Origin: an uncultured Lachnospiraceae bacterium
Lineage (GTDB): Bacteria > Bacillota > Clostridia > Oscillospirales > CAG-272
Length of the DNA stretch: 64,000 nt
Direction of reading: 5' to 3'
Assembly: GCA_964562175.1 (NCBI GenBank)
Contig: CAZLRV010000010.1
Coordinates: 1,344 to 65,343, forward strand
This document shows, piece after piece, positions 1 through 10,438 of the stretch; the first letter of the stretch is position 1; each line of letters starts with the position of its first letter. Position numbers and translations under genes: made by a program. The notes beneath the pieces are model-generated. The model made no database searches and had not been told where the DNA came from. It worked only from the letters and a program-made list of their open reading frames with translations.

Positions 1-518
1 TTGGGCATAAGCACCTCTTTTGTGCTTATATAAGCTCTGTCCGCAAGCAACGACTTATCGACCTCATCGGCGGCGCCTATAAGCTCACCGTCGATATAAA
101 GACCTATGCAATCGGTATAATAAGATGATTCTACTTCATAGAGGGAGGTATAGAGCATATCGGGATCTGCCATTTCCGCCGCACCGCGTTTGAAGCTGTA
201 GGTCAAGCTACAGGTATCACGAGCGGGCAAAACGGCTTTGTCCGAAATATCGCCGCGCACTTTTGAGAGCAAAAGCGTGGCATCCGCCTTACATTCCACA
301 TTACCGACATATCTGCCGTCCGCATACACGGCAAGCGATATATCCGCGGAATTGAAATACGATATGTAGCCTATCGACAAAGCGGAGAGGGCGGCAAAAC
401 AGCAGACTGACGAAACAGTACGCACAAAGCGTTTTGGTTCTTCACGCCGTGCGGCGGATATACGCTCAAGCACTGAGGTACAGCCGTCACGCAGACGCAA
501 AGCAATCTTCTGTAACAA
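1..518 (-). CDS. hypothetical membrane-anchored protein, N-terminal part only (gene runs off the left edge)
   Basis: Hand translation of the minus strand gives an uninterrupted frame from about 518 to position 1 (...RFVRTVSSVCCFAALSALSIGYISYF... hydrophobic anchor followed by a soluble region). It is absent from the ORF track because no stop lies in the window. The start (TTG at 518) is a guess. Confidence 0.35.
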   Translation of the reverse strand, partial: MLQKIALRLRDGCTSVLERISAARREEPKRFVRTVSSVCCFAALSALSIGYISYFNSADISLAVYADGRYVGNVECKADATLLLSKVRGDISDKAVLPARDTCSLTYSFKRGAAEMADPDMLYTSLYEVESSYYTDCIGLYIDGELIGAADEVDKSLLADRAYISTKEVLMP

Positions 519-801
519 ACCGAATATTTCCTTTCCCTCGGACGGTGCTTTGCACCGACACGAATTCGTTCAAGATGTCACATTCTCAAACCAAAGGATA
601 TTATACTATAAAAAATCGGAAAAATCAACCCTTATTGAAATAAAAATTCCCGATTTTCGCCGTCATTTTTCACAAAATTCAACCGCCGTTGATGTGCAAC
701 TTGCCCAATTTCAAAATAATTTTAATTTATTTCGGTTTTTTGTTTGCATTTGTTTCACAAAACTGCTTGCATTCCCTCCGCTTTTGTTATATCATATTCT
801 C

Positions 802-1725
802 ATGAATAATAACAACGATATACACGACAAGCTCCACCTCGCCGAGGAGTTGAAAAAACGTCAGGCTCGGTGTGTGTGCGCTTTGTTCATAATGCTGTTT
901 GTCGGAGCGGTAACGAGCATTTTTTCGTCTTTTGCCGATGAATATACAGCCGAATATCCGAGCAAAATAAGATCCTTGCTCGATACGGTATTCGATATGA
1001 TATCTTATACCCTCTATCTCGGTATACCCACAATTTACATGGCACGTGCAAATATCGAGCCGATAAAAATAAAAAAGAGAGTAAGCCGTACTTTCTTTTT
1101 TGAGGTATGCTTCTGTCTCGGCTCTATGTATTTGGGAAATCTGGCAGTCGGTTATTTACAGAGCTTTCTCGACACCGTCGGCATAAGCATCGCAACCCCC
1201 TCGCCCGTCAGCGCAAACGGAGCGGACGAAATAGCCCTTTTGTATATTTCATCGGCGCTTTTGCCTGCCCTGCTTGAGGAAATACTTGTGAGGGGATATA
1301 TGCTCGGTGCCATGGGCGAGTACAGCCCTTGTTGCGGCATAATACTTTCAAGTCTGTTCTTTTCTCTTATGCACCTCTCTCCCCTGCAAAACGTATTTGC
1401 TTTGTCGGCGGGGCTTTCCATGGGCTTTTTCACTCAAAAAAACCACTCATTGAATGTGGCGATAACGGCGCATTTCATCAACAATTCCCTTGCTCTGACA
1501 AAGGAGCTTATAAGCAGAGGTGCCGCCGAGTCGGTATATATCCGATTTTCGCTTATTGCTGATATTACCGTCTTTGTTTTGGGAATGATATCCGTTTTCG
1601 TGATCTTTCGCAAGAAGCAAGAGCTTGAGGGGGGTGAGCAAGTACCGTTTACCCTCTCCCCTTACACCGTATTATACGCTTTGCTTGCCCTTGCGTTGGC
1701 ATTTACGCAAATAACCTTAGGGTAG
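802..1725 (+). CDS. CPBP family intramembrane glutamic endopeptidase (CAAX protease-like)
   Basis: Multi-pass hydrophobic protein with motifs LPALLEEILVRGYM, FSLMHL and AHFINNS, typical of the CPBP/Abi family. I prefer the ATG at 802 over the track start at 550, because the upstream extension is low-complexity. Confidence 0.75.
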   Translation: MNNNNDIHDKLHLAEELKKRQARCVCALFIMLFVGAVTSIFSSFADEYTAEYPSKIRSLLDTVFDMISYTLYLGIPTIYMARANIEPIKIKKRVSRTFFFEVCFCLGSMYLGNLAVGYLQSFLDTVGISIATPSPVSANGADEIALLYISSALLPALLEEILVRGYMLGAMGEYSPCCGIILSSLFFSLMHLSPLQNVFALSAGLSMGFFTQKNHSLNVAITAHFINNSLALTKELISRGAAESVYIRFSLIADITVFVLGMISVFVIFRKKQELEGGEQVPFTLSPYTVLYALLALALAFTQITLG

Positions 1726-1739
1726 TATAGAATAAATAT

Positions 1740-2201
1740 ATGAATAACGAAGAAATATACTATTATATGTCGCACGCCTTGAGCCTTGCCGAGGAAGCGA
1801 TGGAGCTGAACGAGGTTCCCGTCGGAGCGGTAGTCGTATGTGACGGGAAGATCGTCGGTCAAGGCTTCAATACGAGGGAGAGGGACAAAAACGCACTGTG
1901 CCACGCCGAGATAAAGGCAATAAACGATGCTTGCAACACTCTCGGCGGCTGGCGGCTTCACAGGTGCGATATGTTCGTCACTCTCGAACCGTGCATGATG
2001 TGTGCCGGAGCAATAATAAACTCGCGAATAAAAAATCTTTATTACGGTGCTTGCGACTTAAAGGCGGGCGGCTTCGGCAGTATCGTGGATCTGAATTCTT
2101 ATCCGTTCAATCACAAGGTAAACGTAGTGGGAGGAATAATGAGTGAGGAAGCCTCGGAGCTTTTATCCCGTTTTTTCCTCAAGCTTCGCTCTCGGTCATA
2201 G
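1740..2201 (+). CDS. tadA: tRNA-specific adenosine deaminase
   Basis: Zinc deaminase motifs HAEIKAI and TLEPCMMCAGAI; size 153 aa. Confidence 0.9.
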   Translation: MNNEEIYYYMSHALSLAEEAMELNEVPVGAVVVCDGKIVGQGFNTRERDKNALCHAEIKAINDACNTLGGWRLHRCDMFVTLEPCMMCAGAIINSRIKNLYYGACDLKAGGFGSIVDLNSYPFNHKVNVVGGIMSEEASELLSRFFLKLRSRS

Positions 2202-2360
2202 ATCGTCCGCATCCTGTGTGGGCTTATCGCAATCGGGTATACACACACCCGTATAGCTTCCGTCGGGATCGGTCTTTATATTCGCATCGACGTGCTTATA
2301 TGCGTATATTGCCTCGTTTGCGCTTTTTTTCTTGTTTTTGTTTTTGTTTTCTTTTTTCAT
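2196..2360 (-). CDS. small lysine-rich hypothetical protein (doubtful)
   Basis: Shortened version of track ORF 2196..2447, starting at MKKENKNKNKKK. Weak RBS. Converges on and overlaps the tadA stop. No recognisable family. Confidence 0.25.
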   Translation of the reverse strand: MKKENKNKNKKKSANEAIYAYKHVDANIKTDPDGSYTGVCIPDCDKPTQDADDL

Positions 2361-2377
2361 ACCTTTATTGTTCCGCA

Positions 2378-2905
2378 TTAAGCATAAAATATTCGACATA
2401 TAAAAGAAGAAATAAAAATACAAAATAAAAGCGTAAGAGTCGAACATAGCAGGGCGTGTCTGCCGTGCTTTATTCCAACGGAGGATAGGTAAACGGCATT
2501 TACATAAAGCATTGTATCCGACGAGCCCATCACCACCGAAATAAAATATCCGGCATAGCTGTCCGGTGAAAGCTGTGAGAACAGATCCGACGCCATGGCA
2601 AGCGATGCCGAGCCGGATATGGGACGGAGAAGTAGCAGAGGAATAGCCTCGGAGGGTATTCCGAGCCTGCAGAATATCGGTGCCATGAGCTTACCTATCG
2701 GTTCGAGTATTCCGCAGGTACAAAACATATTCACGCCGACGAGCAACAATATAAGTGTCGGCAAAAGCTTTACGGATACCTCAATTCCTCTTACAGCACC
2801 CTCGATGAATTTGTCAAACTGTGCATCATTCGAAAAAAACAGCACTCCGACAACTACAAGCAGTGCGGGAATAACGTAAGCGGTTATATTTTCTATTATT
2901 TGCAT
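2378..2905 (-). CDS. spmB: spore maturation protein B / nucleoside-recognition (Gate) domain membrane protein
   Basis: 175-aa multi-pass membrane protein immediately downstream of an SpmA-like gene (stop/start abutting at 2905/2906). This pairing and these sizes are typical of spmA-spmB. Confidence 0.7.
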   Translation of the reverse strand: MQIIENITAYVIPALLVVVGVLFFSNDAQFDKFIEGAVRGIEVSVKLLPTLILLLVGVNMFCTCGILEPIGKLMAPIFCRLGIPSEAIPLLLLRPISGSASLAMASDLFSQLSPDSYAGYFISVVMGSSDTMLYVNAVYLSSVGIKHGRHALLCSTLTLLFCIFISSFICRIFYA

Positions 2906-3481
2906 TTAATATATTTTGGAAAATATTTTTGTTATGATAACGGCGAATACCGTCGTGCATACGGATGACAGCAAAACGGGAATTATTATACCGCACGGAT
3001 CGGACGAGCCGCAGCTGCGCCGCAAGGCTATGAGCGTTGTGGGCAAAATATCTATAGAGGCAGTATTCAGCACCACAAGCATTACCATATCGTCTGTCGC
3101 TCGTCCCTCGGTATCGGAGAGCTTTTTCAGCTCCTTCATTGCTCCGAGTCCGAGTGCGGTCGCCGCATTTCCCAGCCCCAATATATTTGCGCTTACGTTT
3201 GATGCTATTTCGTTTATCCCAACACCCGACTTTGCGCTTTGCGGAAATACCGCACGCAAGATCGGGTGTATCGTTTTTGAGAGCTTTTTTATCAGCCCAC
3301 AGCCCTCCAATACGTTCATACAGCCGCAAAAGAAGCACGTTGTACCCACAAGCGATACCGTAAGGCTTACAGCTCGCTCCGCACCGTCGAAAACACATCC
3401 GCTCATTTGCGATATATCTCCGCATACAGCGGAAAACACAACGGATACTATGCAAAGCACGGCAAATATTTTTCCTATCAT
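2906..3481 (-). CDS. spmA: spore maturation protein A / nucleoside-recognition (Gate) domain membrane protein
   Basis: 191-aa membrane protein containing ...NILGLGNAATALGLGAMKEL...; abuts spmB. Confidence 0.7.
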   Translation of the reverse strand: MIGKIFAVLCIVSVVFSAVCGDISQMSGCVFDGAERAVSLTVSLVGTTCFFCGCMNVLEGCGLIKKLSKTIHPILRAVFPQSAKSGVGINEIASNVSANILGLGNAATALGLGAMKELKKLSDTEGRATDDMVMLVVLNTASIDILPTTLIALRRSCGSSDPCGIIIPVLLSSVCTTVFAVIITKIFSKIY

Positions 3482-3731
3482 GCCCTCACCTCCGAAAGCA
3501 AAAGCTCGTATGTTATAGATATTATCATCTGGGGCATTATATGAATGTAGCTATTGACGATATTATTCGACATTATGTTTCCATTTTTTTACATTCTTGG
3601 CTTTTGTTCATAATATTTGATTGTAATTTGTAATCACATACAGCAATATTTGTGCTAAAATGTAAGCATAGACAAAACAGTAAAATCAAGAATAATATTC
3701 CAAATTTATATTTTTAAGGAGAATTTTACCA

Positions 3732-3983
3732 ATGTTAAGATCCACCGGAATCGTTCGTAAAGTCGATGAGCTGGGAAGAATAGTGCTTCCCATTGAGCTG
3801 AGAAAGAACATGGATATTGCCCCCAAGGACTCTATCGAGATCTTTGTCGAGGAGGACAGAATAATCCTCAAGAAGTATATGCCCTGCTGTATTTTCTGCG
3901 GAAACGCCGAGGATGTTTCCTACTTCAAGAACAAGCTCGTTTGCGCTCAGTGCTTGGAAAGCCTGCGTGAGACGACCTTCTGA
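3732..3983 (+). CDS. abrB: AbrB/SpoVT-family transition-state regulator
   Basis: N-terminus MLRSTGIVRKVDELGRIVLPIELRKNMDI is the swapped-hairpin AbrB DNA-binding domain. AAGGAG RBS lies upstream. Size 83 aa. Confidence 0.9.
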   Translation: MLRSTGIVRKVDELGRIVLPIELRKNMDIAPKDSIEIFVEEDRIILKKYMPCCIFCGNAEDVSYFKNKLVCAQCLESLRETTF

Positions 3984-3991
3984 TGTAAGAT

Positions 3992-4663
3992 ATGGCAGAG
4001 GGACACAGACAGCGACTCAAAAACCGCTTCTTAAACTACGGTCTTGAGAGCTTTGAGCCGCACAATGTTATCGAGCTGATGCTTTTTTATACGATACCGA
4101 GAAAGGATACAAACGGTTTGGCACACGATTTGATAGACCGTTTCGGTTCCTTTAATGCCGTACTTGAAGCGGATTACGAATCGCTTATGGAGGTCAAGGG
4201 TATCACCGCACATTCCGCATCGTTGATAAAGCTGTTTCTTGAAACGATAAAATACTATGAACGAGGTGAAAAGCCCGTTGCACGCACGTTTTACAACACA
4301 AATGAAATAGGACATTATCTCGCGGGCGTGTTCACGGGATTCGTAAACGAGCAGCTGTACATTATGTATTTGGATAATAAAAACCGTGTTATATACTGTG
4401 CAAATTCTTTCGGAGGTCCTTCATCCTCTACGGCATATACCTTGACAAATTCCATAGTCGATGATGCAACCGCAAGGCACGCCTCGGGAATAGTACTTGC
4501 ACACAATCATCCGAAAGGCACATACATACCGTCAACGGATGATATCAGGTTCACAAACATAATACACGGTGCCGTACATGAGGCAGGTATGAATTTTATA
4601 GAGCATTACATCATAGCGGACGGAAAATACAACGCCTTACTCAGCAGAACTATCGGCTCGTGA
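3992..4663 (+). CDS. radC: RadC-family JAB/MPN domain protein
   Basis: HRQRLKNRF N-terminus, helix-hairpin-helix region and JAMM motif LAHNHPKG. Confidence 0.85.
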   Translation: MAEGHRQRLKNRFLNYGLESFEPHNVIELMLFYTIPRKDTNGLAHDLIDRFGSFNAVLEADYESLMEVKGITAHSASLIKLFLETIKYYERGEKPVARTFYNTNEIGHYLAGVFTGFVNEQLYIMYLDNKNRVIYCANSFGGPSSSTAYTLTNSIVDDATARHASGIVLAHNHPKGTYIPSTDDIRFTNIIHGAVHEAGMNFIEHYIIADGKYNALLSRTIGS

Positions 4664-4674
4664 AGAAAAGCATA

Positions 4675-4715
4675 CACGGCAACTCTCCGACAATACGGGC
4701 TTTGCCGTGTTTTTT
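4675..4715 (+). terminator. Rho-independent terminator after radC
   Basis: Stem CACGGCAA ... TTGCCGTG followed by TTTTTT. Confidence 0.7.
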
Positions 4716-4848
4716 CAATCGCATTTCGCATTTTTCACAAAAATGCGAGTGCATAGACGGCTATTATACCGCTGTTTTTTTCAAAAGGACTTGACATTGA
4801 CGAAATAATATGATAAAATAAGACATATTGTTCCGTATGGAGAAAATT

Positions 4849-6126
4849 ATGGGATCTTTGAAAACATTCAAAAGAATTTTATGTATAGCTCTTTTGCTTC
4901 TATGTCAGGTCGGACTTATATGCTGCACGGGAAAGAGCGAGCAGACGGGTGAGGATACCTCGTCGAATACGATTTTCAAGCCCATGGCAAGTGAGGAAAT
5001 GAAGAAAGAAAACGATATAACACAATTCGAGCTTGACAAATACCTGTCGCCCATATGGGAGGGCGATATCAGCTACGCCGAATCGGCTTTTGTCAGACAG
5101 AACAAGGACGGGGAAATCGATCCCATTAAGCTGCTCTACCCCATCGAAAAAATAATTTCCGTAAGAAGCTCGGATCTTAAGACCGAATATATATACGGTA
5201 CGGATTATACCGTAAACGAAAACGGTGAGCTTATTATAACGGACGGCGGAAGCATTCCGTTCTTGAAATACGACGATTACTTTTTCCCGCTTTCCGAGGC
5301 ACAGCACGAGGAAAATAAGCTGTCTACGAAATTTCCCGCGGCTAACCATCGCGGCATGGGCTATATACGTGCGGAGATAGGCACAAGCTCGTCCGGAATG
5401 GCAACATGGTCGCTTGCCGTTACCTACAGCCACAGCTCGGAATGCGTCGTCAAAGAGCCGACATCAAAGCGTGACACGTTCAAGGGGCTTATCGAAAAGC
5501 TTGAGAGAGGCGAGGATATAACCGTAGTTGCAACCGGTGACAGCATAACGGACGGCTGGTCTTCTTCTGGCAAGGTCGGTATCGCTCCGAATTGTCCGCA
5601 GTACAATCTGCTCTTTGAGCAATACATAGAGAAAACTTACAATGTAAATGTCGATCAAAAAAACGTCGGTGTCAGCGGTTCGGTTTCATCGGGCGGTGTT
5701 GAAAAGCTTGATGAGATAGTTTCCTACTCGCCCGATCTCGTTATCATAGCCTTCGGTATGAACGACGGCGGCGGCACACCCGTTGAGAACTACATTTCAA
5801 ACATAAATCAAATGGTCAGCCGAATAAATACAGAGTTGCCCGACGCTTATATCATTGTCGTAAGCACTTGTCTGCCCAACGAAGAGCTTTCATGGAGCGT
5901 CGGCGGTCCTTCGATGCTCGTATATCATAAGGCTTACGCTCCCGCACTGTGCAATGAAGAAAAGAATTGGACAAATGCGGCAGTGGCAAATGTAACGCAA
6001 GCCAATATCGAGCTGTTTGAAAGAAAGGTCTACCAAGATGTTGCCGGCTCTAACTCAAATCATCCGAACGACTATATGCATCGGATATATGCGCAGGTAA
6101 TAATACAGACCGTATTCGGCAAATAA
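4849..6126 (+). CDS. secreted SGNH/GDSL-family hydrolase (signal peptide or lipoprotein-like N-terminus)
   Basis: GDSITDGW (block I Ser) and FGMNDG (block III) in the C-terminal half. Hydrophobic leader LCIALLLLCQVGLICC. Start chosen at the ATG at 4849, which has a GGAGA RBS. Confidence 0.7.
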   Translation: MGSLKTFKRILCIALLLLCQVGLICCTGKSEQTGEDTSSNTIFKPMASEEMKKENDITQFELDKYLSPIWEGDISYAESAFVRQNKDGEIDPIKLLYPIEKIISVRSSDLKTEYIYGTDYTVNENGELIITDGGSIPFLKYDDYFFPLSEAQHEENKLSTKFPAANHRGMGYIRAEIGTSSSGMATWSLAVTYSHSSECVVKEPTSKRDTFKGLIEKLERGEDITVVATGDSITDGWSSSGKVGIAPNCPQYNLLFEQYIEKTYNVNVDQKNVGVSGSVSSGGVEKLDEIVSYSPDLVIIAFGMNDGGGTPVENYISNINQMVSRINTELPDAYIIVVSTCLPNEELSWSVGGPSMLVYHKAYAPALCNEEKNWTNAAVANVTQANIELFERKVYQDVAGSNSNHPNDYMHRIYAQVIIQTVFGK

Positions 6127-6269
6127 GCCTATATATTTTCAAGCATTGACAAAAGTTTCATTTTATTTCATATAAAATTCACTTTGTTATTGAAAAAGCT
6201 CTTGCTTTTTTCCTCAAAATATGTTATAATCTTATCAAATGATAACAAAATGTTAATAAGAGGTATGTT

Positions 6270-6842
6270 ATGAGAACTCATAATGAAGAAAGATTCTTGA
6301 GAAACAAAGCCGTATTTATGGAAAAGTGCTACGATTGTTTTGCCGAGCATGGGTTGAACAACGTAGGTATACGTGCTTTGGGTGAATGCTGTGGTGTCAG
6401 CTCCGCGGCACTGTATACATATTTCGATGGTACGGACGACCTTATTATTAAATGTACCGAGTATTGCATGAATCAGGTTGAAGACGATTTTATGTCGATA
6501 GCTCCGACAGATGCGGACGACCTTGAGCGTTTTATAAACGAAGTTCCCTATTGGACCGCCGAAAAGCACGGAAAAAGATACCGTTTGATGTATCAAATAT
6601 ACACCAACCCGAAATATCGCGAGTACGGCAAAAAATTCTTTGAGGGTGTTGACAAGAGATATACCGAATATGCCGAGATGCTTGAGGAGAAATTGGGTAT
6701 ATCCGTTGAGTTTCTTCGTCCGATGATATTCGTATTCATTCGTGCCTGTGTCCACTATGCGCTTTATGAAGACGAATTCTATTTGCAAGAACAGTTGAAA
6801 TTTCTCAAGGCAAGCATTGAAATGTACAAGCAAACGCATTGA
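6270..6842 (+). CDS. TetR/AcrR family transcriptional regulator
   Basis: N-terminal HTH (FAEHGLNNVGIRALGECCGVSSAALYTYF) and 190-aa all-helical architecture. Confidence 0.8.
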   Translation: MRTHNEERFLRNKAVFMEKCYDCFAEHGLNNVGIRALGECCGVSSAALYTYFDGTDDLIIKCTEYCMNQVEDDFMSIAPTDADDLERFINEVPYWTAEKHGKRYRLMYQIYTNPKYREYGKKFFEGVDKRYTEYAEMLEEKLGISVEFLRPMIFVFIRACVHYALYEDEFYLQEQLKFLKASIEMYKQTH

Positions 6843-6896
6843 ATGGAACACCACTCGAAGCTTTGACCTGTTATCATACAAAAAAGCATAATTATA

Positions 6897-6929
6897 TCGG
6901 CGGAGGCTCTGTTTCTCCGCCGATTTTTG
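6897..6929 (+). terminator. Rho-independent terminator after the TetR gene
   Basis: Stem ATCGGCGGAG, loop gctctgttt, stem CTCCGCCGAT, then TTTT. Confidence 0.7.
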
Positions 6930-6971
6930 ATATAGTGGGAGAAACGATATAAATGAACGAAGAAAAGGAAT

Positions 6972-7022
6972 TTCAAAAAAGAAAATATACGCCCGAAGAA
7001 TTACGATCATAGCTCTTCGGGC
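6972..7022 (-). terminator. probable terminator of the minus-strand ECF operon
   Basis: Stem GCCCGAAGA / TCTTCGGGC. On the minus strand it is followed by a T-rich run (gtatattttctttttt). Confidence 0.5.
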
Positions 7023-7255
7023 GCATATTTTGCAACTATCTGTACGATAGACATAAGAAATCGCTTTTGGAGGGGAACGTGTTCGTTTGCGGTGATGTCG
7101 TGTCGGATGAATCGGAATGTCGGAATCAAACATATCCTACGGTATCATTGTATACATATACGATCATGCCGAAGCATCTGTATATAATTGTTATTATCTC
7201 CGCCGACGAATACGGGCGACCGCAGGTGTCCCTATGCTGTCGTGCGCAAATAATA

Positions 7256-7942
7256 TCAAATGCCGTACTTCTTTTTTATCCGTTCAAGCTTTTGCCCCAT
7301 GCTATCGGAGAGTATGCACAGATAAATGACATTGGATACCGAGTAAACAAGTGTATACGGCACAGCCGAAAGCAACGAAGCACGGTAAAGCGATATGTTG
7401 AACGTGCCGTTATACCAAAGCACCGTCCAAATATCCATTATAAATGAAAATGCGATGCCCGATATTATACCGTAGAGTATCAATAAAATGCGGTACTTTT
7501 TAAGAGCACCTCCGAGCAAGCCCGCAAAATAACCCAAAAGCCCGAAAGCGAGCATCTGAAAGGGTGTCCACGGTCCTTGCCCGAAATAAAAATTCGACAA
7601 CAGCACCGACAATGCACCGACGAGAAAACCCGATTCCGCACCGAGATACATTGCGCTTATAACGGCTATTGCCGTTATCGGCTTAAAAAGCGGGATAAAG
7701 CGACCTACTATGGAAAGTGCCGTCATTACGGAGCATATCACCATTCTTCTTGTGCCGATATTCTTTTTTTCAAAGCCAGTACAAAACAGAAGAAGTGCGG
7801 CAAGTGTAACGGCAAGCACGATGAGCATATACTTTTTTTCATCTATCAACACCGCGCCGAGCAATACCGCAAGCGGAATGATACAAAGCGGCAGGGCATA
7901 TCTCAAAACAGTGCGTGCATATTTATTTTTTACGGTAAGCAT
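7256..7942 (-). CDS. ECF transporter substrate-specific (S) component
   Basis: 228-aa protein with about 6 TM segments. It overlaps the EcfT-like gene by 13 nt. Operon context is DUF4430 proteins plus a cobalamin riboswitch. Confidence 0.65.
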   Translation of the reverse strand: MLTVKNKYARTVLRYALPLCIIPLAVLLGAVLIDEKKYMLIVLAVTLAALLLFCTGFEKKNIGTRRMVICSVMTALSIVGRFIPLFKPITAIAVISAMYLGAESGFLVGALSVLLSNFYFGQGPWTPFQMLAFGLLGYFAGLLGGALKKYRILLILYGIISGIAFSFIMDIWTVLWYNGTFNISLYRASLLSAVPYTLVYSVSNVIYLCILSDSMGQKLERIKKKYGI

Positions 7943-8823
7943 TTATTACCTCCACGCCCTTGAGATGAGAATTTTTTCCGTATCGCATATACAATGTCGT
8001 TGAGTATCGGAAGTGCGGCAAGCAATGCAAACGATAGCCGACCGACAAGCTTGGCACAAGACATCGGCGATGTTTTGAATGAAGGGTAAAACTCGGTATT
8101 CATCGCACCGCTTGCCACGCATATGCACGTTATCGCCGACAGTGCCGACATTGCGACGATAAGTATGACATCCGCTTTTTTTATGTGATATTGCGAATAA
8201 TTTGTACGTTTTCCCACTCCCCAGCCGCGTGCCTCCATGCTTTGTGCGGTGGTTATTCCGTTTTCGAGTGTAAGGGATACCATTACCGAGAATATCCTGA
8301 GCTTGCCTTTTATTGCATCAATGGGATTGCCGTCGGCGTAAATGCCGAGCGTTGTTTGAGCCTCGCTTATGCGTTTGATATCACGGCTGAATTCGGGAAT
8401 CAGGCGTAAGCCCATCGAAATAACGAGTGAGAGCTTCGGTGAGAGAATACCGAGCAGATAGAGCAGCTTATCGCTTGTCATTATATGAGTAAACGAGCCG
8501 AAGGCGTACAGTGTCGAGCATATCATTGCGGCGGCAAAAAGCCCGTAGACGGTTGCCTCAAGCGTTATCGGTCTGTCATTCAAAACGAGCAGTACGGTAA
8601 CGCCGTCGTGTGAAACGAGCGGATTAACTACAAGCGTTGCGGCAAATATCAATGCATAATATATATGCGACCTTCCCGCACCGCACATCATAAGATTATA
8701 TACAACGCAAGAGGCGAGCGAGGTGAGCAACAGCATCGGCTCAAAGCAAAAAACGGATATCCCGACCACTGCGGCAAAATACACAAGAACCGTTACCGGG
8801 TCGTATCGTGCAAATGTACGCAT
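7930..8823 (-). CDS. ecfT: energy-coupling factor transporter transmembrane (T) component, CbiQ/EcfT family
   Basis: 297-aa polytopic protein with the size and Ala-Arg-Gly-type coupling helix region (QSMEARGWG) typical of EcfT/CbiQ. Confidence 0.7.
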   Translation of the reverse strand: MRTFARYDPVTVLVYFAAVVGISVFCFEPMLLLTSLASCVVYNLMMCGAGRSHIYYALIFAATLVVNPLVSHDGVTVLLVLNDRPITLEATVYGLFAAAMICSTLYAFGSFTHIMTSDKLLYLLGILSPKLSLVISMGLRLIPEFSRDIKRISEAQTTLGIYADGNPIDAIKGKLRIFSVMVSLTLENGITTAQSMEARGWGVGKRTNYSQYHIKKADVILIVAMSALSAITCICVASGAMNTEFYPSFKTSPMSCAKLVGRLSFALLAALPILNDIVYAIRKKFSSQGRGGNKCLP

Positions 8824-8842
8824 CCGTACCCCTCCTTTCGTT

Positions 8843-10438
8843 TTACTCTATATCTCTGCCTAATTGAACCGTATAGAGCCATTCTATATTGTCGCCGTCA
8901 GTCAAAGCATATTGACCGCAAGCCACATTCGGCGTTACTCCGTTCACACGGTACATCCAGCCCGACAGATCGCCGAAATCAAATTCGTATAAGCTGTTTA
9001 TTCCCGAAACATACGCACTCTCCTCGCTTCCCCGTATATCCAAGCGCAGGCTTCGACTTTTTGCCGCTCGGATAAGCACATCGTAAACGGTATCGCCCTT
9101 TATCAAATCAAATTCGGTATACTCAAGCATAACGCCGTCACTCGGTATATGCGCCTTGCCCTTATCCGATACGGTATCGCACCTGATACAAAGGCTCACA
9201 TGACCTATGACCTCACCCGTGCTTATATCGCTTGTACCGTAATAGTTTCCCGGTAAATGCACATCCGTAAAATAAACGATACAGACAATACATCCCCACA
9301 CGAGAACGACGGCAATATAATTTTTGATATTGCGTTTTTTTATCAAAAAAAGCCAAAGGCACACAATAACGCATAGCACGCTTGCGATAATATAGGCAAG
9401 GTGCTTATAGTTTATCGCTTTCTTTTCGCCCCCCGTCGGCACAGTCGGCTCGTCGGTGTCGTCGTTTTCCGTAATCTTATCAACCGCTATTGCGGTATTT
9501 GCGTTATCAAGGATATAAAGCCCCTCTCTGCCCTCTTTCATTCGAAGATAAGACACGGAGGAATAAAAAGCTTGAACGGTCGCATTCTCACTCGTTTTTT
9601 GACCGAGGGTATGGCAGAAGCTGCCGTCATCAAGGCGAAAAAGACACATTGCATCGAAAAGCGTATTTCCGTTTTTGATAAATCGCTCATCATATCGGCA
9701 ATCTATACCGAGTGAGGACAGAGCCGTTATGACCTGTGCAATGCTTTCGGGATTTTCCGTACCGTAGCTTTTATACGTTCCGTTATCGAGCTGTGCGGCA
9801 GACAAAAACGCAAGTGCTTTTTCGATTTTTTCCTCAGCCCCGTCAAGGTCTTTATGAGGCGGCAGAGCCTGCAGAGCCATAGATGTGACATCAACATCGC
9901 CCTTTTTTCCGTCAAGCGACCAGCCGCCGTCGGAGCATTGCATGGAAAACAGCTTTTCCGCAGTGCCGTCGGCGGTATACTTATCGCTTGTGTAACCGTT
10001 ATTCAGTAAATGAAGTCCGAAAATAAGGCTCATTATACCGCCTTTCTCCGTATATTCGTCAATAGAGGAAAGGATATATCCGTCACAGCTGCCGAAAGAT
10101 GCCAGACACAAGGCGAATTTCAGACCCGATGCGGGCGAATATGCTTTATTTTCGGACAAATATTCGAGAAGTGCCGTCTCGTATGTCGAGGTATCGCAAT
10201 CAACGTACTGTGAAAGCGTAAAAGCGTACCACTCGTTGCCCGATGCGGGCGATGCCGAAAGCGTAATGTCTATCCACTCTTGAAGGCTTGATGACGATGA
10301 CGTACTCAGCTTATAATTTATGATACCGTCGACGAGCTGTTTTACCTCGCCGACGGTATCATTATTTTCGGCAAAGACGTTGTGCGGCGTAACCGATATC
10401 AATATTACGCATAAAAGCAATGCCGAAAGCTTTTTCAT
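8843..10438 (-). CDS. surface protein with a prenyltransferase/terpene-cyclase-like alpha-toroid domain, two TM helices and a C-terminal DUF4430 domain (transcobalamin-like architecture)
   Basis: Signal peptide MKKLSALLLCVILISV. Repeated aromatic/Gly helical hairpins (QCSDGGWS, QLDNGTYKS, RLDDGSFCH). C-terminus ...YVSGINSLYEFDFGDLSGWMYRVNGVTPNVACGQYALTDGDNIEWLYT resembles DUF4430. Start taken at the ATG at 10438, which forms an ATGA overlap with the upstream stop. Confidence 0.6.
   Translation of the reverse strand: MKKLSALLLCVILISVTPHNVFAENNDTVGEVKQLVDGIINYKLSTSSSSSLQEWIDITLSASPASGNEWYAFTLSQYVDCDTSTYETALLEYLSENKAYSPASGLKFALCLASFGSCDGYILSSIDEYTEKGGIMSLIFGLHLLNNGYTSDKYTADGTAEKLFSMQCSDGGWSLDGKKGDVDVTSMALQALPPHKDLDGAEEKIEKALAFLSAAQLDNGTYKSYGTENPESIAQVITALSSLGIDCRYDERFIKNGNTLFDAMCLFRLDDGSFCHTLGQKTSENATVQAFYSSVSYLRMKEGREGLYILDNANTAIAVDKITENDDTDEPTVPTGGEKKAINYKHLAYIIASVLCVIVCLWLFLIKKRNIKNYIAVVLVWGCIVCIVYFTDVHLPGNYYGTSDISTGEVIGHVSLCIRCDTVSDKGKAHIPSDGVMLEYTEFDLIKGDTVYDVLIRAAKSRSLRLDIRGSEESAYVSGINSLYEFDFGDLSGWMYRVNGVTPNVACGQYALTDGDNIEWLYTVQLGRDIE

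Noticed and set aside
550-801. N-terminal extension of the CPBP protease ORF
   Set aside because: It is an AT-rich, low-complexity stretch that looks like promoter or leader sequence. The conserved protein begins at the ATG at 802.
6168-7133. 321-aa minus-strand ORF
   Set aside because: Most of it is antisense to the well-supported TetR gene and runs through two terminator hairpins. The composition is low-complexity and there are no motifs.
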